Below, piece by piece: positions 29,434 through 39,868 of a DNA stretch of 64,000 nucleotides. The stretch is from Epithemia pelagica (Eukaryota > Protista > Bacillariophyta): the NCBI GenBank assembly GCA_946965045.2, contig OX337232.1, forward strand, positions 1,612,001 to 1,676,000, in the 5' to 3' direction. Position 1 is the first letter of the stretch. Each line of letters opens with the position of its first letter. The notes below the pieces were generated by a model. It ran no database searches, was not told the origin of the DNA, and saw nothing but the letters and a program-made list of their open reading frames with translations. Made by a program: the position numbers and the translations under genes.

Positions 29434-32283
29434 AACAACGACAACGACAACGACAGGAGCTGAGCCACCCGTCACGGAAGCGAGTACAATTCACCCACCG
29501 ATTTTGACAGATGTGGACCAAGACAAAGACGATCCGAACATCATAGCGCAAGCTGCGGAAGCGGAGAATGTAGACCACGGGCCCCCAACCAATGAAGGCA
29601 ATGCAAATGATGAAGAGGAAGGTGGTGCTGCTGTTATTGCCGAGGCAGCGGCCGCTGCCGCCGCCGATGAGGATGACTCGTCGGTTGCAGCAGCGGATAA
29701 TGAAGCCGCTGAAGATCCAACGGAGCTTGATGCAGATCTTGAGAATGAGGGGGCTGAGCAAGCCAATGCAATGGCTCTCGGGGCCCTTGTTGAACAAGAC
29801 GACGACATTCACCGTCAGAGATTTGCGGCCTATAGGGCTCGAAAACAGCATCTCATTACGTCCAACTGGAAAGTGACCATGAAACCTCCAAAGAAGAAAG
29901 GGATTGAGGTCGGGGATAGAGTTTCCGAGAGGGGTGCGAATCCTCGATACGGGATAGTCATCAGCAGAAGAAAGGATCCAAATGCTACTCAAGGAAACCT
30001 GTGGACGGTGCATTTTGATGGAGATGAGGAAGCGACCATAGATATCAAGCATACCCAACTCCGAAAGCCCGACGACAACCGAACTTTCGTATGGAAGATT
30101 GTACGGGATTCGTCTCCCGATGAGTCAGTCACCGAATACCAAGAGGCTGTTGGAATTGTAGGCTTCGACTTTTTGGGGAAAATGGCTCCGTACGAAATTA
30201 GCGCAGATAATATTGAGTACAAGTACCCCTTTCTTGACTTGTTGATTCATTTCTGGCCTGGTAAGTCAGCACTCTTTTTCTTGAATGCTCTTTAGTCCAT
30301 GTCTCATTTTTCTATCGATTTGTTCATCCATTACAGGAAATTGGCGTGATCAGCTAAAAAACCTTAATTTATTCTTAGAGCGAACAAACCCTTCTCGCCA
30401 TAAAAAGAAGAAGATTCGACCCGTGACAGAGAAAGAATGGTGGGTTGTATGGGGAGTGATCCTCTCTGCCAATCCCCTCAAAAAGGGAGGAAAGGCTCTT
30501 TTCCAGAAGCCTGAACAACGACGGCTGTCGTCCACAGTGAATCTCGGTACAAAAGGCGAAAACTTTATTGCTGAGAGTCGGTTCATGGATATCAAAGAGC
30601 ATCTCAGGCATGCCTTTGCGGGACGGGACTCCACTGACCCCTGGAATGAAATCCGTCCATTGATTGACGGCTTTAATCAGAATCGCCGAGGCGTAGTCGC
30701 AGCATCCGCGACACAAGTGCTTGATGAATGCATGAGTGCATTTCAACCACGGACAACCAAGTCATCATTGTTGCCACATCTGTCTTACGTGGCACGGAAG
30801 CCCAAACCTCTTGGAACTGAATTCAAGGTGAGTAAATGGAGAAGAGGATATTTCCAGAAGCTTTGTTACTCACTGTGTGATATTCCCTTGACAGGTGACT
30901 GCAGACACTGCGACTGGGTGTCTGACCTTTCTTGAAATCCAAGAAGGCAGACTCCCAATGCGTGCGAAGAAGTATGTTGATGGTTTGGGAGTAACTGGAG
31001 CGACAACTCTGCGACTGATTGAGAGCTCGCAATACTCAGGGCAGCAATTAAATGGTCGCTATGAATCCCAACTCGATTCCAAGCGATGCCTCTATATCGG
31101 AGACTCTTGGTTTGGAAGTGTCAAGATGGCCGAGAACCTCAAGTGTACGTGGCACGAGCAGAGGGAGGACGACGATGATGATGGTCTCGTGTATTACGTG
31201 GATAAGGAGAAAGGGGTCAACCCAGACGCCCACGAAGTGATTGGTGCCGTCAAGACCGCCCACTCTTGGTTCCCCAAGGACGAACTTGAGAAGGAGATGA
31301 AGGACTTCCCATCCGGCGCCTATCTCGTCATGGAGTGCACGGCACCTGAGACGGGAGTAAAGCTTGTTGGAATCGGATACAAGTACAACTCACGGAAGGT
31401 CCTCCTCTTTGTTATGACTAAAAATGCGGGGAAAACGATCCCGGGATCTCCGTACATTGCTCGATTTACCGATGAGTTCGGCAATGTCAAAAGCCGGAGA
31501 GTCGAACGGCCTGACTGTATTTCCCAGTACTTCAAGTGTGCGAATAAAATTGACCGTCACAATCATCTGCGTCAGGGCATCCTCCGTCTCGAGCAGTACT
31601 GGAGAACAGTTGATCCATGGTTTCGCATTGCGACAACGGTGTTCGGAATGACAGTGTCTGATTGTTACCTTGGCATGCGTTTTCATCTGCAAGCGGAACC
31701 ATTCTCGAGCTTTACGATCGAAGACTTCGCGGATATGCTCGCAAACGACCTTTTGAGAAACAACTTTTCCGATGATCGCAGCAATCGAAAGGCGGGCATG
31801 TTACCAAACATCCCAGTGACACGTCGTCCGCCGCTTTCGGTACACACTGTTGGGCCCTCAGCTTCTGTGCCATCGAGCGTGCACAATGTGGGGGGGAATG
31901 CATCTCCTAACTCCATGGTGTCTGATCTGACCAATGATTCACTGGTTTGTCATGAGGTTGTGGAACAGGCAGAAAAGTCTTTATCTGACCAGCGGCCCGT
32001 GAAGCGCAAATGTGTTATTTGTAAAAATGACACGAGATCAATGTGCGGGCATCCAACATGCTGCAATATGATCAAGATGTTTTGTGGGGAAGCCAAAGTT
32101 GGAGTTCCTTTGTGTAAGCCCTCCATGGGTATTCGTCGCGGGGAAGTGCGGACTTGCCTTGAAGAGCACATGTGCCGTGTTATTGCGGCAAGCCAAAAGG
32201 AAAACCACAACTCATTTGTCCCGAACATGAGAACCGGGTCGACTCTACATTGTTTCATGTCTTTGCATATTAATAAATTATGA
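28781..32283 (+). CDS. piggyBac-like (PGBD) DDD transposase, join(28781-30260,30337-30827,30895-32283), ~1119 aa, with two Tudor/SH3-barrel-like N-terminal modules and a Cys-rich C-terminus
   Basis: VLDECMSAF...RKPKPLGTEFK, YIGDSWFGSV, NKIDRHNHLRQ; C-terminal CxxC...CxxxxC...LC...CxxxH; GTAAGT..ACAG and GTGAGT..GACAG introns keep the frame. Confidence 0.88.
29037..29456. repeat. Compound triplet/hexamer microsatellite encoding a Thr/Ala linker in the transposase
   Basis: (GCAGCC)n, (ACAACC)n and (ACAACG)n runs, all in frame. Confidence 0.9.
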
Positions 32284-32345
32284 TTAGGAGCTTAGTAACA
32301 TCGAAATCTTAGTACTCAAGTGTAATATGCTATGGGATCCTACGA

Positions 32346-32882
32346 CTAATAGGTTCGAACGCTCTCCTGATGGGGCCACGTCTCTGTCGCTTTATCAAAA
32401 AGTGACATGAACGTAGCCATCCCAACAACACTCATCGGCACAGTAATGACCATGGGCCCCATGGCCATCTTGGTATCCAAAGAATGAGCCGTTTCAATCG
32501 TGAGCTCTCCTTTGACAAGGGAACCGCTCTTGGAACGGAACTTCTTGGAGCGTATTTTCTTGTAGATCGATCCGACTGGGATGACGACATCAGGCATCGA
32601 ATCATCCATCTTCTCCCGACCAAATGCGCTAATTGATAGCATCCCACCGTTGCTCCCGTACTTGGAACGCTGTAAAAGAACGACGCCTCGATCCACCACA
32701 AGCGTCCCCTTTCCACCTTTCCCATCACGAGCGACGTCTTGGACGTACACATTCACGCCCGCTTCGCCATAGATCGTTGCTCGGCTACCATGGAGCTGAA
32801 TCTCGCTCCCGTCATCTTGCATCACGTTGAACCCATTTGCAAGGAGAAGTCTATTGCGCGATTTGTGCTCGTATTCCGACAT
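32346..32882 (-). CDS. Uncharacterised cargo protein 'X2' (178 aa), homolog of 3613-4122
   Basis: VNVYVQD...VVDRGVVLLQR, IPVGSIYK, DTKMAMGPMVITVPMS align to X1. Confidence 0.75.
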   Translation of the reverse strand: MSEYEHKSRNRLLLANGFNVMQDDGSEIQLHGSRATIYGEAGVNVYVQDVARDGKGGKGTLVVDRGVVLLQRSKYGSNGGMLSISAFGREKMDDSMPDVVIPVGSIYKKIRSKKFRSKSGSLVKGELTIETAHSLDTKMAMGPMVITVPMSVVGMATFMSLFDKATETWPHQESVRTY

Positions 32883-33371
32883 CGTCCTTCGTCCATCGTA
32901 AATGTAGAAAATATGAAGGGTGAGACGCGATGAGTCGCACAGTGCAAAACAAGTTTGAGATAGGCACTTACCTCTTTTCCTACTCCTTATTGGATTGTCA
33001 AATGAAAAGTCTTTAGTTAGAGGAGCTTGCCACTCAGATGGCCGATCAATTCTCTCCTCTCTGCACGAAAGGACGAACACGTCCGTGGTATCCAGTCGGC
33101 ATGCATAAAAATGCAGTTGTGGTTTGGGGGAAACGGTGGGGACTTTCTACAATTGCCACTCGGGATTAATTAAAACAACGTGACGATATGCTTAAGAAAA
33201 GTTCCATCCGTTGAAGCGCGTGCCCTCCACAATTTACAGCGCGACAAGATTTTTATGTGAGACGACTGGTCGATCATCAATCAAATAACAAGAGCAACCT
33301 TCCCATAAAGGCATAAAGGACAGCAAGGAAAAGAAAACAGACGACAAAAGCAAGGACAAAGAAAGAAAGAC

Positions 33372-33884
33372 ATGTCGCTCTACATCGACAAGCGCCGTGT
33401 TAGTGCGAGGCTCCAAGGCCGTACGACCAAAAGTGTTGTCACAACTGGTGCATCCAAACCCACTATGCGCCCAACCCAAAAAGGTGCCCACAAGAACAAC
33501 AAGAACAACAACAACGACGACAATGCGAAAGCCGTAGATACGGAGAAGAAGAAGGAGATCTTGCTCGGGTGTGATGCAATTGGTGTGGAAATGAGTCGAT
33601 CATCAATCCTCAAGATGAGAGACGATTTCCTGGAACATGGATCGAACGGAGGGAGCAACACTCCAGTGCGCCATTCCAAGATCAAGTTTGCTGATGAGAT
33701 CAGCCCCATCCCTGAAGACAATCAGAAGCCTTCGTCCCGTTTATCCACCCTAAGCACCGCCTCCATACGTAGCCTCAAGAGTGCATCTTCCGGTGGAACT
33801 GCTGTAGACAGCGATCTTTCGTTCGACTTTGCCGAGACTCAACAAGATAACGGTGACTTCCTCTTCAAAACCTATGGAAAATAA
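33372..33884 (+). CDS. Uncharacterised low-complexity cargo ORF 'Y2' (170 aa), divergent from X2
   Basis: ATG-initiated; basic N-terminus, Ser-rich/acidic C-terminus; head-to-head with X2 as Y1 is with X1. Confidence 0.5.
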   Translation: MSLYIDKRRVSARLQGRTTKSVVTTGASKPTMRPTQKGAHKNNKNNNNDDNAKAVDTEKKKEILLGCDAIGVEMSRSSILKMRDDFLEHGSNGGSNTPVRHSKIKFADEISPIPEDNQKPSSRLSTLSTASIRSLKSASSGGTAVDSDLSFDFAETQQDNGDFLFKTYGK

Positions 33885-33963
33885 ATGATAGTTAAGCCTG
33901 TCAAGTATAGCAATGACGATAAATATGGAAACATAAGCTTTAGAGTTGGATCATAGCGCGGCT

Positions 33964-35714
33964 TCGTCCATTGGTCCAAAATCCTTGTGCTCCGTGGCAC
34001 GACGAATGATTGTCCATGGATGATCGCCTCGATCATGAGGACCATGGCCCCTAAGCCGGATCTGAGACTTGTGTAACCTAACTTAGTCTCTATAGTAACG
34101 GGCAAAAAAGTAGGACGTCCAGAGGGACCATTGTCGAATATTGGCATGGCATCGTCCATTGGTCCAAAATCCTTGTGCTCGGTGGCACGACGAATGATTG
34201 TCCATGGATGATTGCCTCGATCATGAGGACCATGGCCCCTACGCCGGATCTGAGACTTGTATGACCTAACTTAGTCTCTATAGTAACGGGCAAAAAGTAG
34301 GACGTCCGGAGGGACCATTGTCGAATGTTGGCATGGCATCGTCCATTGGTCCAAAATCCTTGTGCTTGGTGGCACAACGAATGATTGTCCATGGATGATC
34401 GCCTCGATCATGGGGACCATGGCCCCTACGCCGGATCTGAGACTTGTATAACCTAACTTAGTCTCTATAGTAACGGGCAAAAAAGTAGGACGTCTGGAGC
34501 GGCCATATCCATGGAGCCGGGTCTCGTCATCCTTTGGTCGAAAACTCGTGTTGTGTGTGATGCGTCGATAAGAAGCGTCCATCGATGGATGGCCTTTTCT
34601 CAATGGCCATATCACCGATGATCGATCTGATACCTCAGATCGCTAAAGTAGAGCCGAACATAAAAGCCTACTAAGTAGGACGTCTGGAGCGGCCATATCC
34701 ATGGAGCCGGGTCTCGTCATCCTTTGGTCGAAAGCTCCTGTTGTGTGTGATGCGTCGAAAAGAAGCGTCCATCGATGGATGGCTTTTTCTCAATGGCCAT
34801 ATCACCGATGATTGATCTGATACCTCAGATCGCTAAAGTAGAGCCTAACATAAAAGACTACCAAGTAGGACGTCTGGAGCGGCCATATCCATGGAGCCGG
34901 GTCTCGTCATCCTTTGGTCGAAAGCTCCTGTTGTGTGTGATGCGTCGAAAAGAAGCGTCCATCGATGGATGGCCTTTTCTCAATGGCCATATCACCGATG
35001 ATTGATCTGATACCTCAGATTGCTAAAGTAGAGCCTAACATAAAAGACTACTAAGTAGGACGTCTGGAGCGGCCATATCCATGGAGCCGGGTCTCGTCAT
35101 CCTTTGGTCGAAAACTCGTGTTCTGTGTGATGCGTCGAAAAGAAGCGTCCATTGATGGATGGCCTTTTCTCAATGGCCATATCACCGATGATCGATCTGA
35201 TACCTCAGATCGCTAAAGTAGAGCCTAACATAAAGGACTACTAAGTAGGACGTCTGGAGCGGCCGTATTCATGGAGCTGACTTCGACGAATGAGTAGGCT
35301 AATCTCATGTGGTCCGTGCCACGTCGAAAAATCGACGCAATGGTGTGGAAGCTCGTTTGCATCCTATGCTTGGGGATAGCCTATATGGGTCAATACTGTT
35401 CTCATTTACACTAAGGTCGATAACTTATTTTAATTTCATGGCAATTGGTCAAGTATTGGTGGAGAAATTGCATGGTGAATGTACCGGCCAACGGGCAATC
35501 TAGCGGCCAAATCGCAAAAAAAATGACCCTACAATGATGAGAGAGAACTCGATGACGATGGCAGATATGGAAAAAGTGCCCGGTGGGGACCTAAAGTATT
35601 GTATGAAGATGATTTCTATCATCCCATTTCTATGGAGGTGTATATTGAGCTAGTAATCGTTAAAGACCACCATGGTCATTTGGCCGCTAAAATGCAGGGT
35701 CTGGCCGTATCACC
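33964..35714 (-). repeat. Right inverted arm: type-B units, four 190-bp type-A units, unique terminus
   Basis: Reverse complement of the left arm; AGTAGGACGTCTGGAGCGG recurs with a 190-bp period from ~34485 to ~35245. Confidence 0.9.
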
Positions 35715-35739
35715 CGTGAAGGCACTAGTGCGGCGCCGC

Positions 35740-36379
35740 GTGATGCGGCCAGAACCCGGATTCTAGCGGCCAAATGACCATGATGGTCGGATAGCATAAC
35801 TCACTCAATATAGGACGCCCATACCCAATATTGAACGTGGTCTTCCTCTACAAGCATGGAGTTCTGACACATTGTTTCATGAAAGTAGAGCCTAAAGTAA
35901 AAGCCAAGCAAGTATGACGTGCGGAGCGGCCATATTGGACCTGCTGGATGACTTCGACCTACAGATGAAAGTCTCGTTCCGATCTGCGACCAGCGAAAAC
36001 GTGCCAAAGCAAGCAGAGGTTTGTTTGCGCTATCATGCCCATATGACATGAAAGTGCTCTTCCCTACACTAGGATAGACAAATGGTACGCACCATGTGAT
36101 TGCAGGGCACGTAGTGGTTGACTCATAGGACCATGGAGGTACTGGCCAAAGGGCAATCTAGCGGCCATTTCGTTGACAAAAAAATGACCCGACAATGGTG
36201 AGTTTGAACTTGATAACCATGGCCACTATAGCAAAAGTGCCCCGCAGGGCCGCAGGGGCCGAGAGTATTGTTTGAAGAAGACGACGCTCGATATTGGGGT
36301 ATGATGGGCGTCCTATATTGAGTGAGTTATGCTATCCGACCATCATGGTCGTATGGTCGCTAGAATCCAGGTTCTGGCC
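35740..36379. mobile_element. MITE-like non-autonomous relative of the long-TIR element (~640 bp)
   Basis: ~110-bp inverted repeats (35747-35855 vs ~36270-36379); 35870-36379 is a diverged copy of the terminal ~500 bp of the large arm. Confidence 0.75.
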
Positions 36380-37213
36380 CTGTCCCTCCACTATAGAGTA
36401 TACCACGTAAGTAGGTGGTGGTTTATGGTGGTCGAAGTCGATACCAGCTAGCTAGGTAGTTTATCGCGTTCTCCTCTAGTTATTGGGTCTTGTTTCTTGT
36501 TTGTGGTGTTTGATGATGACCATGATGATGATGATGACGTGATGTGAGGCCGATTGATGATTGAGCTGCTGATCATTAGAATATGATTGCGATATGATGA
36601 ATCTCGTACATCTCTAGTCTACGAGAACGAGTAGGAGTATAGGTCATATAGTACTAACGAAGTCGGTTCTTTGAGATATACGCTTCTTCAGTTTCGGACA
36701 AAAATGAAGACGACATGATGTGGTAGGTCCCGACTCTACTTATTGTTGCATTGGAAGGAGGACGCAGGGGAAAATCAAGAACCATGGCCCCCAGAGACAG
36801 TCTCAAGCTGTCGCACAGCGGACCAGTCAGACCCGATTTGTAAGTTTGGTTGGTATTCTCGACAAGAGAATAGCCCTTCCTTCTAACCCTGTTCCCTAAC
36901 ACTAACTGCGGAAAGATTTACAACTGCCGGAAGCCCGAAAGCTAGTAGAACCTTAATGGTCCTAATCCCGAAGAGGGAGTGCTATGGGACCAATCTGTAG
37001 TACTTATATGTAGTAGTAGTATAGGGCTTTTATGACTCCCTTAAGCCCAAGACCATGTCAAATCATAGAGGGCCGGAATTATTGGCCGGACCAACTCTAC
37101 GCCCAACATGTATTCGTTATTCGTAGTTACAGTAACTACGGAGAAGCGGTGGGGAATGAGTGGTTTGGATTTGTTGCTGGGACAACAAAGCGCTTCAACA
37201 CAACCAAACCACG

Positions 37214-39253
37214 ATGGGATTCTTCATTGGAAGGAAACGACAGCGACCCGGGGATTCTGTCAATGATGGTGAAGAGGATGATAGCTCTTGTGGGAGTAGC
37301 GATGAATCCACGTTATCGGCGGGTCCCTCTAGTGCTGACCCAGCAGCGGAAGGTCTCGAAGAAATGATGAAGGACAACCTCGAAGTGATGTTGGAGATTA
37401 TTCTTAGAATACGAGAAGACCCCCATTTTGCGAAGTCAATATACGCCGACTGTCCTAGATTGCAGCATATGCTTGATCAGAGACCTGATCTTCGACCAAT
37501 CTTTGAGGATCCAAGACTTGTGCGAATCTCATTCGAGAAAGCCTATAAGGAAGCCGGTGGTGTACTGCCAGAGGAAAAGAACAATAAGTCGATTGCAGCG
37601 ATGATTGTAAATCATCCAGCGTTCAAATTTCTCAGATTTCTGATATTTCTGAAGAAGTTTATGAACTGTGTTCAAGGAGGCGGTGTAGAGATGATCCATG
37701 CCTGGTTGAAGGAGCTTTTTACCTCCCAATCTGCAAATCATATTGACCAGGGAATTCAACAAGCCGGAGAAGGCGCAGGTGATGGACATGATGGTGGCCA
37801 TGACCATGGAATGGATGAAGATGGTGGTCATGAGCACAGGGAATCAAAAGATGCGATGAATCACGCTGCAGACAAACTTGAAGAACCTGAAATGAAAGAG
37901 AAAGTGGAGCGCTTAAAATCAATTGGGGATCCAGAACAACTCGCTGAAGAGGTCGACAACGATCCCGAACTGAGGGCTCTCCGTGACAGTAATGAGCTCT
38001 GTGCTGAACTTATGAGCGATCCTGACACTTGCAAAATTGTCCTGGAGCCTGACAATCTCCGGGCGTTGAGTGAGTGTCCTGATCTGATGGAGGCAGACAT
38101 GAATGCCCCCGAGTTGAGCGCAGATATCGAGCCCGGTGAAGGCATGGACACAATCATTGATTCAAGCGTTGAAAATGACCAATCTGGTGTCGATCAGAGT
38201 GAAGTCGAAGGTGGTACGAACGATCCTCTCGGAGAAGGAGAAGAGATGATGGTTGCAGACGAAGGGGGAGACTTGATGGAAGAAGACAATCATGAGCAGG
38301 AAGAGGACGATGAAGAACAGGTAGAAGAGGATCAGGATGAAAACGACGAAGAAATGGGAGAAGAGGATGAGGAAGAAGGCCTAGAGTATGAAATGGGCGA
38401 GGAAGAGCTGGATGATAGGAATGGTGGCACCTCAGCAACCAAAGGGAACAATAGTGCAAAGAAGGCATCAACCGCCAAAAACAGAGCACAGCAGCGCAAA
38501 GATCAGCGAGGTAACTTTTTCAGCAACGTCGCAATCGGTTTCTCCGATATGGTTGCTGGAGAACTTGTTGGTATGAGCACTGGTGATTTGATGGGTGGTG
38601 GAGACGACCTTGATGCCTTTGATGATGTTGAAGAATATGATGGTTTCATGGAAGACGACATGGACGAGTTCGTGGAAAAGGCTGAAGACGCTGCGGATCA
38701 TGCTGATACAGCTACAATGTTGGATAATGCAGCCGATGCAGCGGAGATGCTGACCGAAGACGATATTGCGGACAACCTTGATAACATGGAGGACGGGCTC
38801 GATCACGTAGAAGACACCCATGATGACCACCAAGACAAGAAAGCTGCGGAGGCAGCCGCCGCGGGTGGAGCCGCAGCACCTGGAGGGAATTCTAAAAGCC
38901 GTGAGGTGGAACAAGGTTCGGTCCCACAAGAACAAGAGAAACCCAAGAAAATGGGCAGATTTCAGATGTTGTCTACTTTTGTGGCTTCTGTAGCCACGGC
39001 TGCCAAAGAAACTGTTGCTTCAAATTTCTTAGGCGATGACTTCGGAGAAATGCTTGTTGAGAAAATGGAAGAAGAGGAGGAGGAGGAAGAAGATGATGAA
39101 GATGAAGAGGGAGATTCTGACACTGATTCAGAAGAGAAGCGCTCTGATCGTGATGTAGAGAGGGGCGACGAAAACGAAAACAAGACAAAGAAAATACCCG
39201 AAGAGCAAAACAAGAGCCAGGATCATGACGAAGAATCAGCGAATGTAAGCTGA
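37214..39253 (+). CDS. Acidic protein with STI1/DP-like repeats, paralog of 53867-55900
   Basis: CPRLQHMLDQRPDLRPIFEDPRLV and DPELRALRDSNELCAELMSDP resemble STI1/ubiquilin helical repeats; long D/E-rich regions. Confidence 0.7.
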   Translation: MGFFIGRKRQRPGDSVNDGEEDDSSCGSSDESTLSAGPSSADPAAEGLEEMMKDNLEVMLEIILRIREDPHFAKSIYADCPRLQHMLDQRPDLRPIFEDPRLVRISFEKAYKEAGGVLPEEKNNKSIAAMIVNHPAFKFLRFLIFLKKFMNCVQGGGVEMIHAWLKELFTSQSANHIDQGIQQAGEGAGDGHDGGHDHGMDEDGGHEHRESKDAMNHAADKLEEPEMKEKVERLKSIGDPEQLAEEVDNDPELRALRDSNELCAELMSDPDTCKIVLEPDNLRALSECPDLMEADMNAPELSADIEPGEGMDTIIDSSVENDQSGVDQSEVEGGTNDPLGEGEEMMVADEGGDLMEEDNHEQEEDDEEQVEEDQDENDEEMGEEDEEEGLEYEMGEEELDDRNGGTSATKGNNSAKKASTAKNRAQQRKDQRGNFFSNVAIGFSDMVAGELVGMSTGDLMGGGDDLDAFDDVEEYDGFMEDDMDEFVEKAEDAADHADTATMLDNAADAAEMLTEDDIADNLDNMEDGLDHVEDTHDDHQDKKAAEAAAAGGAAAPGGNSKSREVEQGSVPQEQEKPKKMGRFQMLSTFVASVATAAKETVASNFLGDDFGEMLVEKMEEEEEEEEDDEDEEGDSDTDSEEKRSDRDVERGDENENKTKKIPEEQNKSQDHDEESANVS

Positions 39254-39612
39254 TGCATTCTTCATTTTATCTTCATTGGTATAGAATACAACCAACTCCT
39301 TTTTCAACTTCTGTTACGAGTGGTACTCCTAGGAGAGATAAACACGCCTACTGGGACACCCGTGATTTTGGTTCCCACTAGAGAATTTTACCTATTCCGG
39401 CAACTGGGTAGCTAGGGCTGAGCGCTGTTTTAGCTAGCTAGCTTTATTTTCTGTACTCTTATTATAGTAATGTAACGACACGTGCTTAAATCAAATAATT
39501 AAGCTAACAATTTCTTTTTCGATGTCGCAACTGAGTCGTGGATTGGGATAATCGCTAAATGTTTCGAGTTTGTGTCATGTCTTGTTTTGGGTTGGTCCCG
39601 TATTTAACGGCT

Positions 39613-39729
39613 GGTTTCGACTTTGTTTCGACTTTGTTTCGACTTTGTTTCGACCTGGTGTCGACTTTGTTTCGGCTTGTTTCGGTTGGTATCGCCTTTG
39701 TTTCGACTTTGTTTCGGTTTGTTTCGACC
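39613..39729 (+). repeat. Array of ~10 degenerate 11-bp GTTTCGACTTT units
   Basis: Directly visible. Confidence 0.9.
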
Positions 39730-39868
39730 CATGATGGCGAACACAATAATCAACCATGGTCGCTCAATGTCGCTAATGGTGGCACGATGAGCGACTCGAG
39801 CGAGTGAGAGGGGAGATTCTTGTTCACTGCAGGGACAGTCATAAAACAAAGCAACAGACAAGACAAAT

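Larger units (their letters stand above)
13683..35714. mobile_element. ~22-kb composite DNA transposon with ~1.7-kb terminal inverted arms (about 13.6 kb without the nested copia); contains piggyBac-like transposase and cargo
   Basis: 13683-15327 is the near-identical reverse complement of ~34050-35714 (termini GGTGATACGGCCAGACCC / GGGTCTGGCCGTATCACC); no TTAA or other TSD seen. Confidence 0.8.

Noticed and set aside
24518-29475. Poly-Phe, poly-Leu, poly-Lys, poly-Cys and poly-Val ORFs in the track
   Set aside because: Alternative frames or antisense readings of triplet microsatellites
32352-32361. GGTTCGAAC as a tRNA T-loop
   Set aside because: No cloverleaf; lies at the 3' end of the X2 coding region. 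No tRNA or rRNA genes were identified in the window
24470-33900. An internal canonical piggyBac bounded by TTAA sites (TTAA near 24476, 24493, 33892)
   Set aside because: Sequences inside those TTAAs are not inverted repeats of each other and lack CCC/GGG termini
13895-35503. Identical short ORFs (MVRATSKNRR...) at 13895-14089 and 35309-35503, and repeated ORFs in the LTRs and arrays
   Set aside because: By-products of the inverted arms, LTRs and tandem units; no coding signal
35723-35730. CACTAGTG beside the right arm as a CACTA/EnSpm terminus or footprint
   Set aside because: A single 8-bp palindrome, no counterpart at the left end and no CACTA transposase; expected by chance
36380-36660. 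CTAG/TAG-rich intergenic tracts (also ~10560-10720, 39300-39480, 61690-61740) as a RIP-like or deamination signature
   Set aside because: Not quantifiable by eye, with no unmutated copy to compare; may be ordinary intergenic composition
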